A DNA stretch of 64,000 nt from Candidatus Hydrogenedentota bacterium (lineage in GTDB: Bacteria; Hydrogenedentota; Hydrogenedentia; Hydrogenedentales; SLHB01). The position numbers and the translations under genes were made by a program. Below, piece by piece: positions 19,051 to 28,065 of this stretch; positions within the stretch are counted from its first letter, which is position 1; each line of letters starts with the position of its first letter. Where the stretch lies: NCBI GenBank assembly GCA_963668025.2, contig CAXXTH010000006.1, positions 32,001-96,000 of the forward strand, in the 5' to 3' direction. The notes beneath the pieces were generated by a model that ran no database searches, was not told the origin of the DNA, and was given only the letters and a program-made list of their open reading frames with translations.

Positions 19051-20942
19051 GTGTGCCAAGCATGGCGCGGATCTAAGGGGTGTAAGTCCCCTGCAAGCCC
19101 TGATGGTGGGAATTGCTAGCCAAGAGCAAGGGCGTCGCCGCGAGGCGGGGTCTGGAGGAAGCAGGAGGCAAAAGTCGGACTCGACGCACAGAAACCGGAT
19201 AGAAGGCCGGGGTGGCGGGGCAAGCCAGCAATGGATGGCGACGCCCAATAACCATTCGGACACACCTTGGTAAATCCGGCGAGGCCCGGCGGAAAGAGGC
19301 GCGTCTTACCTTGGGAGACCTGTTCATCTGTCTGGAAGAGCCAGACTAGCGGGATGGCAACATGTCGCGAGGGGTGGGCAGGAGTCAGCCGAGGCCATAA
19401 TACCCGCAAGGGGAAGGGCCGAATCGATCATTCAAGGAGCAGCATTGAACGTCTCGTGGGATAGGGAGCGGCAGGAAGTAGCAGGTTGCCAGATGGAGTT
19501 CCCACTGGAGTCGGCTTGCCACGGCGCAATCGGAGAAGGCGGAACCGAATCGGATGCGTTCGAGGCGCGGCAACTATTTCCGGCGGCGAACAAGAGGCGA
19601 GCCTTGACGCAAGACTTGATGGAACGGGTCGCGAGTCTTGCGAACCTGACGGAAGCGGTACGCCGGGTGCAACGGAACAAAGGCGCGGCGGGTGCGGACG
19701 GCATGAGCGTACGCGACCTGAAGCGTTGGTTTCCGGAACACTGGCGGGGACTGCAAGAGGAACTGACGGCAGGGCGCTACCGTCCCCAACCGGTGTTGGG
19801 AGTGCAAATCCCCAAGCCGGGCGGGGGGATGCGGCAACTGGGCATTCCGACGGTGGTGGACCGAGTCGTGCAACAAGCGCTCTTGCAGGCTCTCGAACCG
19901 CTTCTAGACCCGGCCTTCTCGGAAAGCAGTTATGGATTTCGTCCAAGGCACAATGCACATCAGGCGCTGCGGCAAGCCAGCACGTACGTAAGCGAAGGCC
20001 GCTGCATTGTTGTGGACATGGACCTGGAAAAATTCTTCGACCGGGTCAACCACGACATCCTGATGGCGCGCGTGGCGCGGCACGTGTCAGACAAACGCGT
20101 ACTCCGACTCATCCGCTGGTTTCTTGAAGTGGGCATGATGCAGAACGGCGTATGCATCGAACGATACGAAGGGACCCCGCAAGGCGGTCCTCTATCGCCG
20201 CTGCTGGCCAACCTGCTCTTGGACGACCTGGACAAGGAGTTGGAGAAACGAGGGCATCGTTTTTGCCGCTATGCGGACGACTGCAACATTTACGTGCAGA
20301 CGATACGCGCGGGAGAACGTGTCCTGACATCGGTCACGCAGTTCCTTGAGGGGAAGCTGAAACTACGGGTGAACCGCGAGAAGAGCGCGGTGGCGTTCGT
20401 GGGAGAGCGGAAATTTTTGGGTTATCGCTTGCTGGGTGGGGGGCGATTGGGCATCGCGCCCAAGAGCCTCGACCGGGCGAAAGACCGCATCCGCGACATC
20501 ACGCGACGCAACCGCGGCGACGCCAAAGTGCGCCAGATGATTGAGGAGCTCAACAGCTTCCTGAGCGGCTGGATAACCTACTATCGGTTTGCCGAAGCAA
20601 AGGGCCATCTGGAACGCCTCGGGGAATGGATGCGGCGCAAACTGCGCTGCGTCATCCTCAAACGCCTCAAGCGCACGAAAACCATAGCGGACTTCCTTAG
20701 AAAACTAGGCGTGCCGCAATTTCAGGCATGGATACTCGCAGGGTCCGGGAAGGGCTGGTGGCGCAAAGCGGGGAGTCCTCCCGCGCAACACGCCATGGAC
20801 AAACAATGGTTCGCGAAACAAAAACTGATAGACCCGGTTCAACGGTACGAAACGTTCAAAAATGACCGAAACCGCCGTGGTACCGAGCAGGTATGCCCGG
20901 TGGTGTGAGAGGGGGGGACCGTGAGGAACCCCCCTACTCGAT
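19051..20942 (+). mobile_element. Group II intron, class C
   Basis: 5' GTGTG directly after the terminator stem; 3' domain V (AACCGCCGTGGTACC..GTATGCCCGGTGGT, CGC triad) and domain VI ending CTACTCGAT. Confidence 0.9.
19445..20908 (+). CDS. ltrA: Group II intron reverse transcriptase/maturase (no endonuclease domain)
   Basis: RNKGAAGADG; RQLGIPTVVDRVVQQA; DLEKFFDRVNHD; GTPQGGPLSPLLAN; RYADD. The true start may be ATG 19493 or 19619. Confidence 0.93.
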   Translation: MNVSWDRERQEVAGCQMEFPLESACHGAIGEGGTESDAFEARQLFPAANKRRALTQDLMERVASLANLTEAVRRVQRNKGAAGADGMSVRDLKRWFPEHWRGLQEELTAGRYRPQPVLGVQIPKPGGGMRQLGIPTVVDRVVQQALLQALEPLLDPAFSESSYGFRPRHNAHQALRQASTYVSEGRCIVVDMDLEKFFDRVNHDILMARVARHVSDKRVLRLIRWFLEVGMMQNGVCIERYEGTPQGGPLSPLLANLLLDDLDKELEKRGHRFCRYADDCNIYVQTIRAGERVLTSVTQFLEGKLKLRVNREKSAVAFVGERKFLGYRLLGGGRLGIAPKSLDRAKDRIRDITRRNRGDAKVRQMIEELNSFLSGWITYYRFAEAKGHLERLGEWMRRKLRCVILKRLKRTKTIADFLRKLGVPQFQAWILAGSGKGWWRKAGSPPAQHAMDKQWFAKQKLIDPVQRYETFKNDRNRRGTEQVCPVV

Positions 20943-21041
20943 TGTCGCCGGAATACTCGCTTGATGTGAAAATACCGCGCCATGCCCTCCTAATGAGATG
21001 ACGAAATACTATACAAAACGGAAAAACTAATTAGAAAACAG

Positions 21042-21070
21042 TTGACATAAGCGGCATTTTGCCGTATACT
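21042..21070 (+). promoter_or_regulatory. Near-consensus sigma70 promoter
   Basis: TTGACA (21042) -17 bp- TATACT (21065). Confidence 0.7.
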
Positions 21071-21224
21071 CGATTCGTACTTGGGAAACTGCTGCAAAGC
21101 ATAATGGAATTGCGTGGCGCGCAATTCGTCTCGTCTTCTGGCTGCATTTTGGCGAATTGCAGGCGCCAGCAGGTGTAGGTGCATGGAATCTGGCGAACAA
21201 CATACCCACAAACCTCTATTTTCG

Positions 21225-21743
21225 ATGAATGATCGAGGTGCGGTTCTTGTCAAGGATGAACCGTTTGCCCGCAGGCCGTTGCTGCGCGATGAAATCGTCT
21301 CCACGGGCGGGGGGCGGTTGTCGCATGGCGCGAAGGTCAAGCGAGGCCAGCTCAACGCCGTCCAGCAAGGGCGATACGGCACCGGGCCAGCGCCTTATGG
21401 CTACCGGCGCGGCCTGGAAGGCGAAAAGCCGCTCATCGTGGATGACCGCGAGGCGGAAGTCGTGCGCATGATTTTCCGGGAATATCTCCAAACGAGAAGC
21501 ACGGGAAAAGTGGTGAGCGCATTGCATACCCGGGGCATCATGACCCGAAAAGGGAACAAATGGTCCCGGCAAGCCATTAGCATTATCCTCTCCAACCGCA
21601 CATACCGAGGCAGGGTGACCTATGGCGATATTGAAACCCAAGGGCTTCATGATCCCATCATAGAACCGGCCTTGTTCTACAAAGCCAATGCGCTTCGAGA
21701 CCGGAAACGGCGCAAACGGCATGCTCCTTACACAACCGCCTAA
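21225..21743 (+). CDS. Protein with a serine-recombinase 'Recombinase' DNA-binding domain but no catalytic resolvase domain
   Basis: GPAPYGY; EAEVVRMIFREYL; WSRQAISIILSNRTYRG; HDPII; no N-terminal YxRVS motif. Confidence 0.7.
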   Translation: MNDRGAVLVKDEPFARRPLLRDEIVSTGGGRLSHGAKVKRGQLNAVQQGRYGTGPAPYGYRRGLEGEKPLIVDDREAEVVRMIFREYLQTRSTGKVVSALHTRGIMTRKGNKWSRQAISIILSNRTYRGRVTYGDIETQGLHDPIIEPALFYKANALRDRKRRKRHAPYTTA

Positions 21744-21792
21744 GGGGCGGATATCGGGTTCAGTTGATGATACCGAGATGCCGTAAGGAGGC

Positions 21793-21922
21793 GTCCCAAC
21801 GGGACATCCCACCATAGCCCAGGGGCTGGCCGCCGCCCGAAGGGCAAGGGAGCCCCTGGGTATGGATGAATCCTTGAATTGCCCTGTAAGGGCATCCCAA
21901 AACGGTCCGCCCCGTGCGGGCC
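21793..21922. repeat. REP-like palindromic element
   Basis: CCCAACGGG...CCATAGCCCAGGG...GCCCCTGGG...GCCCTGTAAGGGC nested short palindromes. Confidence 0.45.
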
Positions 21923-21959
21923 TGAACACTTTACAAGGACCATCAATAGGGGATTTCCC

Positions 21960-22634
21960 ATGCGATTCGTGGTGACTACGGAGAAGGATCCATATTATTT
22001 TCAAACGTTTGAGCTACTGCTGTGTCTGGACAAAGTAGGAGTCTTGTGTGCATGGCAACACATGGGGTGCATAAGAGGATACTTCCGAAAAGTCATCGAG
22101 AACAACAAGGAATACTATGGCCCTGAAAAAATGGGATGGGACACTATTTGGGACACGCATATTGACATGGAAGATGTCTCCTTCAAAATGAGGAATTATT
22201 CCGATTTCGTCCCTACTGCAATACGGCGCTGTGGCATGCGAATCTTCGTGGTTCCCTCCGGCGTCCGCCCCCCGAGCCCAAGAAATGAGCCCGCAATCGA
22301 TGCTTTGTTGAACGACCACTCGGGAGAGCGCAAGTGGCCCTTTGGAAACGCAGAACCGCCGGATTACATACGCGAGCGCAAGATCCTCGAAGATGGAGAA
22401 ACAGAGAACATACGCTGTTTGGATGTGGCTTCCTTCTGCAACGTCGATGATGTCGAGTTATATATAACTCTAGATGAGCACGCAAAAATAAACGCCGGTG
22501 TTTCCAGGTTGAAAAGCGGGAAGTCCGACGTTTTCTCCGTCCGTGATGAGGGACTCGAAGGCCAGCCTTATCGGCGCAGGCGGCTGACCGTCATACGCTG
22601 CGAAGGGGAGCTGCCCTCCTGGGCCATCACCTGA
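21960..22634 (+). CDS. Hypothetical protein
   Basis: 224-aa ORF from ATG 21960 after AGGGG; no recognisable motif. Confidence 0.55.
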   Translation: MRFVVTTEKDPYYFQTFELLLCLDKVGVLCAWQHMGCIRGYFRKVIENNKEYYGPEKMGWDTIWDTHIDMEDVSFKMRNYSDFVPTAIRRCGMRIFVVPSGVRPPSPRNEPAIDALLNDHSGERKWPFGNAEPPDYIRERKILEDGETENIRCLDVASFCNVDDVELYITLDEHAKINAGVSRLKSGKSDVFSVRDEGLEGQPYRRRRLTVIRCEGELPSWAIT

Positions 22635-22738
22635 CTGCGGCCGCCATTGGCAAGGCTATCACATTTGAAACAAGAGGTGCAGGAGACACGCAATGATCCC
22701 AAATCGCCGGACAAGAGAGAAAAAGTTGCGCACTCCGC

Positions 22739-22788
22739 GTAGCATGGGCGTCCCGCCCATGCGCATGGCCGGGACGGCCATGCCACGA
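22739..22788. repeat. REP-like double palindrome
   Basis: GTAGCATGGGCGTCCCGCCCATGCGCATGGCCGGGACGGCCATGCCACG, the same family as 27454-27998. Confidence 0.75.
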
Positions 22789-22894
22789 GAATGGTCCTTT
22801 TACGAAAATGAAAAGGGCGGCGATATGCGGTCGAGGGGCGTTTCGCCGGTTGCATCTTCCGGCAATTTCATGCTACATTCCTTCCGGCTTCGGT

Positions 22895-22985
22895 GGAGAG
22901 GTGACCGAGTGGCTGAAGGTGGCGCCCTGCTAAGGCGTTGTACGCCAAAAGTGTACCCCGGGTTCGAATCCCGGCCTCTCCGCCA
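22895..22985 (+). tRNA. tRNA-Ser(GCT)
   Basis: GGAGAGG acceptor stem; anticodon loop CTGCTAA; long variable arm; GGTTCGAATCC; encoded CCA. Confidence 0.96.
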
Positions 22986-23089
22986 TATATGTATTTTCCC
23001 TGGAAACAGCTTGTTTCCAGGTTCTTTTTTTTATAACGATTCCCTTGACAGGCCGTAAAAGGCATGGCACAGTAAGGGCACATCGGAAA

Positions 23090-23168
23090 GCTGGCCGTGA
23101 CTGGCGACGTAGCGTGGAGAAAAACCACGGGGAAGCGGCTGGCAAGGAAGTATGCCGTTCGCCTGGGC
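23090..23168 (+). ncRNA. ZMP/ZTP (pfl) riboswitch
   Basis: CGTGACTGGCG; P2 CGTGG/CCACG followed by GGGAAGCG; 3' GCCGTTCGCCTGGGC; pseudoknot GGCGA:TCGCC; TTGACA at 23045 upstream. Confidence 0.88.
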
Positions 23169-23251
23169 GCTGGAATGAATGCCGCAAGTACGTGGATTCG
23201 TTCCAGAACTGCGCGAGGTTTATTGCTCGCGCTGGAAGGCCAGGAGGCGTT

Positions 23252-24325
23252 ATGCGGCGAACACCACTTCAAGGTGAGCACCTAGCTCGCGGCGGGAAAC
23301 TGGTGGACTTTCACGGATGGGAGCTTCCGCTCCAGTTTGCCGGGATTGTGCAGGAACATCATCACACCCGTGCGAAGGTTTCCCTGTTCGATTGCTCGCA
23401 CATGGGGGAAATCCTCGTGCGTGGCGCGGATGCGATTGCCAAGTACGACCGGCTAGTCATATCGGATGTGCGGGCCATTAGGCCGGGCCGGGGCCGGTAT
23501 GGCGCTATTTTGAACAGCGCGGGGAAGATCATCGACGATATCATCACCATTCGCCTGGGCGAAGATGAGGTCTTGGCTGTGACGAACGCGGGGCCTCTCG
23601 AACAGGTGGCCGCTTTGCTCACGCAAGAGAATCCGGGCGCGGCGGATATATCGGACGATACGGCGAAGATTGATGTGCAAGGCCCTGGCGCGTGTGCGGC
23701 GATGCTCCATGCAGGCATCCCGGAAGCGGAACGGTTGCGGTATTTTGAGGCTTGCAGAACCCAATGGCGGGGCCGGAGCATCATCCTCTCGCGGATGGGG
23801 TATACCGGCGAATTGGGATACGAATTGTATATCGATAATGATTTGGCGGCCCCGCTTTGGCGGGCATTGCTGGAATACGAAGGGGTGGCGCCCGCTGGGC
23901 TTGGAGCCCGGGATACGCTGCGGCTCGAGATGGGCTATTCGCTCTCTGGCCAGGATATTGATGAAACGCACACGCCTCTCGAGGCGGGGCATGCGGGTTA
24001 TGTCGCTTGGGATACGGAGTTTGTTGGGAAAGAGGCCCTGCTTGCCCAGCGTGAGGCGGGAGGGTATTCTGTACTCACTCCGATTCGCACGCTTGACAGG
24101 CGGTCGCCGCGCCATGGCTTCGAGGTCTATGCGCCGGAGGAAGGTGCCATAGGCGGGATTACCAGCGGCACCTTTGGGCCAAGCGTTTGCCATGGCATCG
24201 GCTTGGCCTATTTGCCACAAAAATGGAGTGTTCCCGGGAACCGGCTTGCCGCCGGACCGCGGGGTTTAATCATTGAAACAGCGGAATTGCCTTTTTACAC
24301 CCACGGCACATGCAGGAATGGATGA
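23252..24325 (+). CDS. gcvT: Glycine cleavage system T protein (aminomethyltransferase)
   Basis: RTPL..H...GGKLVDFHGWELP; LFDCSHMGE; GYTGELGYE; GLGARDTLRLE; RBS AGGAGG. Confidence 0.95.
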   Translation: MRRTPLQGEHLARGGKLVDFHGWELPLQFAGIVQEHHHTRAKVSLFDCSHMGEILVRGADAIAKYDRLVISDVRAIRPGRGRYGAILNSAGKIIDDIITIRLGEDEVLAVTNAGPLEQVAALLTQENPGAADISDDTAKIDVQGPGACAAMLHAGIPEAERLRYFEACRTQWRGRSIILSRMGYTGELGYELYIDNDLAAPLWRALLEYEGVAPAGLGARDTLRLEMGYSLSGQDIDETHTPLEAGHAGYVAWDTEFVGKEALLAQREAGGYSVLTPIRTLDRRSPRHGFEVYAPEEGAIGGITSGTFGPSVCHGIGLAYLPQKWSVPGNRLAAGPRGLIIETAELPFYTHGTCRNG

Positions 24326-24336
24326 GGAGGGAGGAT

Positions 24337-24723
24337 ATGTATCCAGATGATCTACTCTACACGGAAGACCACGAGTGGATTCGCGACGATGGCGGCGAGT
24401 ATGTCGTAGGCATCACCGCCTATGCCACGGAACAACTCGGCGATGTGACTTTCGTGGAGCTCCCCGAAGTCGGCACGGACGCGGGCAAGGGTGAAGCGGT
24501 CGCCACGGTGGAATCCGTGAAGGCGGCCAGCGACATTTATGCCCCCGTATCGGGCCATATTTTCGAGGTGAACGACGCGCTCGAGGCGGAGCCGGAATTG
24601 GTGAATCAAGACCCCTATGGCCATGGCTGGTTCTTCAAGCTTGAAAAAGTGAAGGCCTCGGAAATGAAGAAACTCATGGCCGCGGACGCCTATGCCGCGT
24701 ATGTGGAAGGGCAGAAAGAATGA
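24337..24723 (+). CDS. gcvH: Glycine cleavage system H protein
   Basis: YTEDHEW; LGDVTFVELP; VESVKAASD lipoyl-lysine motif. Confidence 0.97.
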   Translation: MYPDDLLYTEDHEWIRDDGGEYVVGITAYATEQLGDVTFVELPEVGTDAGKGEAVATVESVKAASDIYAPVSGHIFEVNDALEAEPELVNQDPYGHGWFFKLEKVKASEMKKLMAADAYAAYVEGQKE

Positions 24724-26015
24724 CCTGGGTCCCTACGACCCCTCGAGAGCAGGAAGAAATGCTTGCCGCTATCGGCGTCCGGCATATGGACGAGCTCTTC
24801 GAGGCGATACCTACCGGGCTCCGGGCGCCAGTAATGGATTTGCCGGGCTTGTCGGAGATGGCCGTGCGGCGGCATATGGCCAGCCTTGCCCAGTGTAATG
24901 ATGCGGGGCTTGCCAGTTTTCTGGGCGGCGGGTATTACGACCATTTCATTCCTGCCGCAGTGGACGCCTTGAGCGGCCGGGGCGAGTTTTATACGGCATA
25001 TACGCCCTATCAGCCGGAATGCGCCCAGGGCACGCTGCAAGCCATTTACGAATACCAGTCGGCTATTTGCCGGCTCACGAACATGGAATTCGCCAATGCG
25101 TCGCTGTACGATGGCGGCACGGCGGTCTTTGAAGCAGCCGCCATGTCCGTGCGCATCACCCGGCGCAAACGCATTGTGTGCCACGAATCGCTCCATCCGT
25201 TCTACCGCCGCATGCTGGAAACGCACGCGGCCAATCTCGGCCTGGATATCATCACGGGCGGCGAGCCTGCGGACGCCGCATGTGTTATCGTGCAAAATCC
25301 GGCGTTTCTGGGCACGGTATGTGACTACACGGAACTCGCGGAGCGCTGCCATAACGCGGGAGCGCTATGTGTGGTGTCTTTTTATCCTACCTCGCTGGGG
25401 CTATTGAAAACGCCGGGCGATATGGGAGCGGATATCGCCGTGGCGGAAGGCCAGGGGCTTGGCATTCCGCTGGGATTTGGCGGACCGTATCTGGGCGTCA
25501 TGGCGGTGCGCAAGGAACATGTGCGCAAAATGCCTGGGCGCATTGTCGCGGCGACCGCGGACGCCTCGGGGCGTACGGGCTATGTGCTTACCCTGCAAGC
25601 CCGCGAGCAGCACATTCGCCGGGAAAAGGCGATGTCCAACATTTGCTCGAACGAGGCCTTGTGTGCGTTGCGGGCGTTGATCTATCTGTGCCTGCTCGGC
25701 AAGGAAGGCTTGCGCGAAGTAGCTATCCATTGCCATTCGAAGGCCGAATACCTCAAGGCCGCCATAGCGCCTTTCGCCGCCGTGCTTAATGATGGACCCA
25801 CATTCAACGAGTTCGCTGTGCGCCTTCCCAAAGATGCGGAAGCGGTAGTGCGCCAAATGGCCCAGCGGGGATTTGCTGCAGGGCTGCCGCTGGCGTCCAT
25901 GGGTGCGGGAGAAGCGGGCGCTCTGCTTATCGCCGTGACGGAGAAGCGGACGCGGGAAGAGCTGGATCAATACGCCCAGGCGCTCCAGGAGGTTTGCGAT
26001 GCCGTTGATTTTTGA
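24720..26015 (+). CDS. gcvPA: Glycine dehydrogenase subunit 1
   Basis: FYTAYTPYQPE; ANASLYDG; TLQAREQHIRREKA.SNIC. Confidence 0.96.
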   Translation: MTWVPTTPREQEEMLAAIGVRHMDELFEAIPTGLRAPVMDLPGLSEMAVRRHMASLAQCNDAGLASFLGGGYYDHFIPAAVDALSGRGEFYTAYTPYQPECAQGTLQAIYEYQSAICRLTNMEFANASLYDGGTAVFEAAAMSVRITRRKRIVCHESLHPFYRRMLETHAANLGLDIITGGEPADAACVIVQNPAFLGTVCDYTELAERCHNAGALCVVSFYPTSLGLLKTPGDMGADIAVAEGQGLGIPLGFGGPYLGVMAVRKEHVRKMPGRIVAATADASGRTGYVLTLQAREQHIRREKAMSNICSNEALCALRALIYLCLLGKEGLREVAIHCHSKAEYLKAAIAPFAAVLNDGPTFNEFAVRLPKDAEAVVRQMAQRGFAAGLPLASMGAGEAGALLIAVTEKRTREELDQYAQALQEVCDAVDF

Positions 26016-27432
26016 GAAGTCCCGCCCGGGCCGCCGTGGTATTGTTCTGGATGCCTTGGATGTGCCGATGGCGGAGTTCCCCAAGGCGCTGGCGCGCCAG
26101 GAAGACGCCGCGCTGCCGGAAGTGAGCGAACTCGATGTGGTGCGCCATTTCTCGAATCTTTCCCGTCTGAATTTTGGCGTGGACACCCATTTCTATCCTC
26201 TCGGCTCATGCACGATGAAGTACAATCCGAAATTCGCCGAGGCGGTGGCGGCGGAGCCGAATTTCGCGCAGTTGCATCCCCACCTCAGCACATGCCCCGC
26301 GTATTGGCCGATGTGCCAAGGGGCCTTCGAACTGATTTATAGGACGGAATCCCTGCTGGCGGAGATCGCGGGCATGCGGGCCGCATGCCTTCAGCCCATT
26401 GCAGGCGCACATGGCGAATTAACGGGCGCGCTGCTGATCGCGGCCTACCATCGCGCGAAGGGCAATCAAAAAAACATCATATTAATTCCTAACTCGGCCC
26501 ACGGCACGAATCCCGCCAGTGCGGCCATCGCGGGCTTTGAAGTAAAGCAGGTGCCTTCCCGTGAAGATGGCACGCTTGATGTAGAAGCCTTCAAAAAGGC
26601 GCTGGATGCATCCGTAGCGGGCGTCATGATGACCTGCCCGAACACGCATGGACTCTTCGAGCCTGCCGTGGCGGAGATTGCCGCCATGGCCCACGCGGTG
26701 GACGCCCTCATGTATTACGATGGCGCGAATTTGAACGCCATTGTCGGGCGCTGCCGTCCGGGGGATTTGGGCTTCGATGTGATGCACTACAATCTGCACA
26801 AAACCTTCGCCACGCCACATGGCATGGGAGGCCCTGGTTCGGGTCCGGTCGGCGTTGCGGAACGCTTGCTGCCCTATTTGCCTGGGCCGCGCGTCGTGAA
26901 AACAGACGAAGGCTTTGGCCTCGAATGGCCTGAAAAGAGCATAGGTAAGATCGCGGCATTCTTCGGAAACTTCATGATCGCCTTGCGGGCCTATGCCTAT
27001 ATCCGGGCATTGGGCGCGGAAGGCTTGCGCGGCGTGTCAGGGAACGCGGTGCTCAACGCCAACTATATTCATACGCGCCTGAAGGATGCGTATGCGTCCG
27101 CTTTCAACGGCCGCTTCATGCATGAATGCGTTTTTTCGGCTACGCCTCAAGCCAAACGCGGCGCGAGAGCTCTCGATATCGCGAAGGCCCTGCTCGACCA
27201 AGGTTTCCATGCGCCCACGATCTACTTCCCATTGACGGTGAAGGAAAGCATCATGATCGAGCCTACGGAAACGGAGTCGAAGGAGACCCTCGACGCCTTC
27301 TGCGACGCCATGCTCGAGATCGCCCGTCGCATCGAGGAAGAGGGTGAAAACTTCGCCAGCGCACCCGAGAAGACTCCTGTAGGCCGTCTGGATGAAGTGC
27401 GCGCTGCGAAGGAACTGAACTGCTCCTGCTGA
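25999..27432 (+). CDS. gcvPB: Glycine dehydrogenase subunit 2
   Basis: YPLGSCTMKYNP; SAHGTNPASA; NLHKTFATPHG; IEPTETES. Confidence 0.96.
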   Translation: MPLIFEKSRPGRRGIVLDALDVPMAEFPKALARQEDAALPEVSELDVVRHFSNLSRLNFGVDTHFYPLGSCTMKYNPKFAEAVAAEPNFAQLHPHLSTCPAYWPMCQGAFELIYRTESLLAEIAGMRAACLQPIAGAHGELTGALLIAAYHRAKGNQKNIILIPNSAHGTNPASAAIAGFEVKQVPSREDGTLDVEAFKKALDASVAGVMMTCPNTHGLFEPAVAEIAAMAHAVDALMYYDGANLNAIVGRCRPGDLGFDVMHYNLHKTFATPHGMGGPGSGPVGVAERLLPYLPGPRVVKTDEGFGLEWPEKSIGKIAAFFGNFMIALRAYAYIRALGAEGLRGVSGNAVLNANYIHTRLKDAYASAFNGRFMHECVFSATPQAKRGARALDIAKALLDQGFHAPTIYFPLTVKESIMIEPTETESKETLDAFCDAMLEIARRIEEEGENFASAPEKTPVGRLDEVRAAKELNCSC

Positions 27433-27453
27433 CAATGGCTGGAAATACTAGTC

Positions 27454-27998
27454 GTAGCATGGCCGTCCCGGCCATGCGCATGGGCGAGACGCCCATGCCA
27501 CGAACGTTATGCAGTTGCGTCTTTTCCTGAGCAGGTGTAGAGTCTTTCCTAGAGCGGTGTAGGATTGTATGCCGCGACGTGGCGTTCATCGCGTGGCATA
27601 GTTCCAAGTCTGTCCTAGCATGGCCGTCCCGGCCATGTGCATGGGCGGAGACGCCCATGCTACGAGCCAAAAGGTTGTTGCGTCTTTTCCTGAGTAGGCG
27701 TAGAGTCTTTTCTAGAGCGGTGTAGGATTGTATGCCGCGATGCAGCGCTCATCGCGTGGCATAGTTCCAAGTCTGTCGTAGCATGGCCGTCCGGGCCATG
27801 CGCATGGGCGAGACGCCCATGCTACGAGCCAAAAGGTTGTTGCGTCTTTTCCTGAGTTGGCGTAGAGTCTTGTCTAGAGCGGTGTAGGATTGTATACCGC
27901 GACGCGGCGCTCATCGCGTGGCATAGTTCCAAGTCAATTTTGACTGTTGTGGCATGGCCGTCCCGGCCATGTGCATGGGCGAGACGCCCATGCTACGG
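27454..27998. repeat. Tandem array of ~162-bp units, each carrying a REP-like double palindrome
   Basis: Palindrome cores start at 27454, 27615, 27778 and 27949; the intervening sequence is also conserved (TTGCGTCTTTTCCTGAG..CTAGAGCGGTGTAGGATTGTAT..GGCATAGTTCCAAGTC). Confidence 0.9.
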
Positions 27999-28065
27999 GA
28001 GAGTAAAATACATTTGCTTTGTTGCCGCCAATCTTGAACCGCTCTAGAGACAGGGGAGGCTGGGC

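Noticed and set aside
19445-20908. DGR, retron or defence RT
   Set aside because: Typical group II maturase with intron 5' end and DV/DVI; no TR/VR pair or avd gene seen
23045-23251. N-terminal extension of gcvT, or a glycine riboswitch
   Set aside because: The region matches the ZTP riboswitch, lacks glycine-aptamer motifs, and a strong RBS precedes ATG 23252
27454-27998. CRISPR array
   Set aside because: The inter-repeat segments are near-identical rather than unique spacers, the unit is ~162 bp, and no cas genes are present
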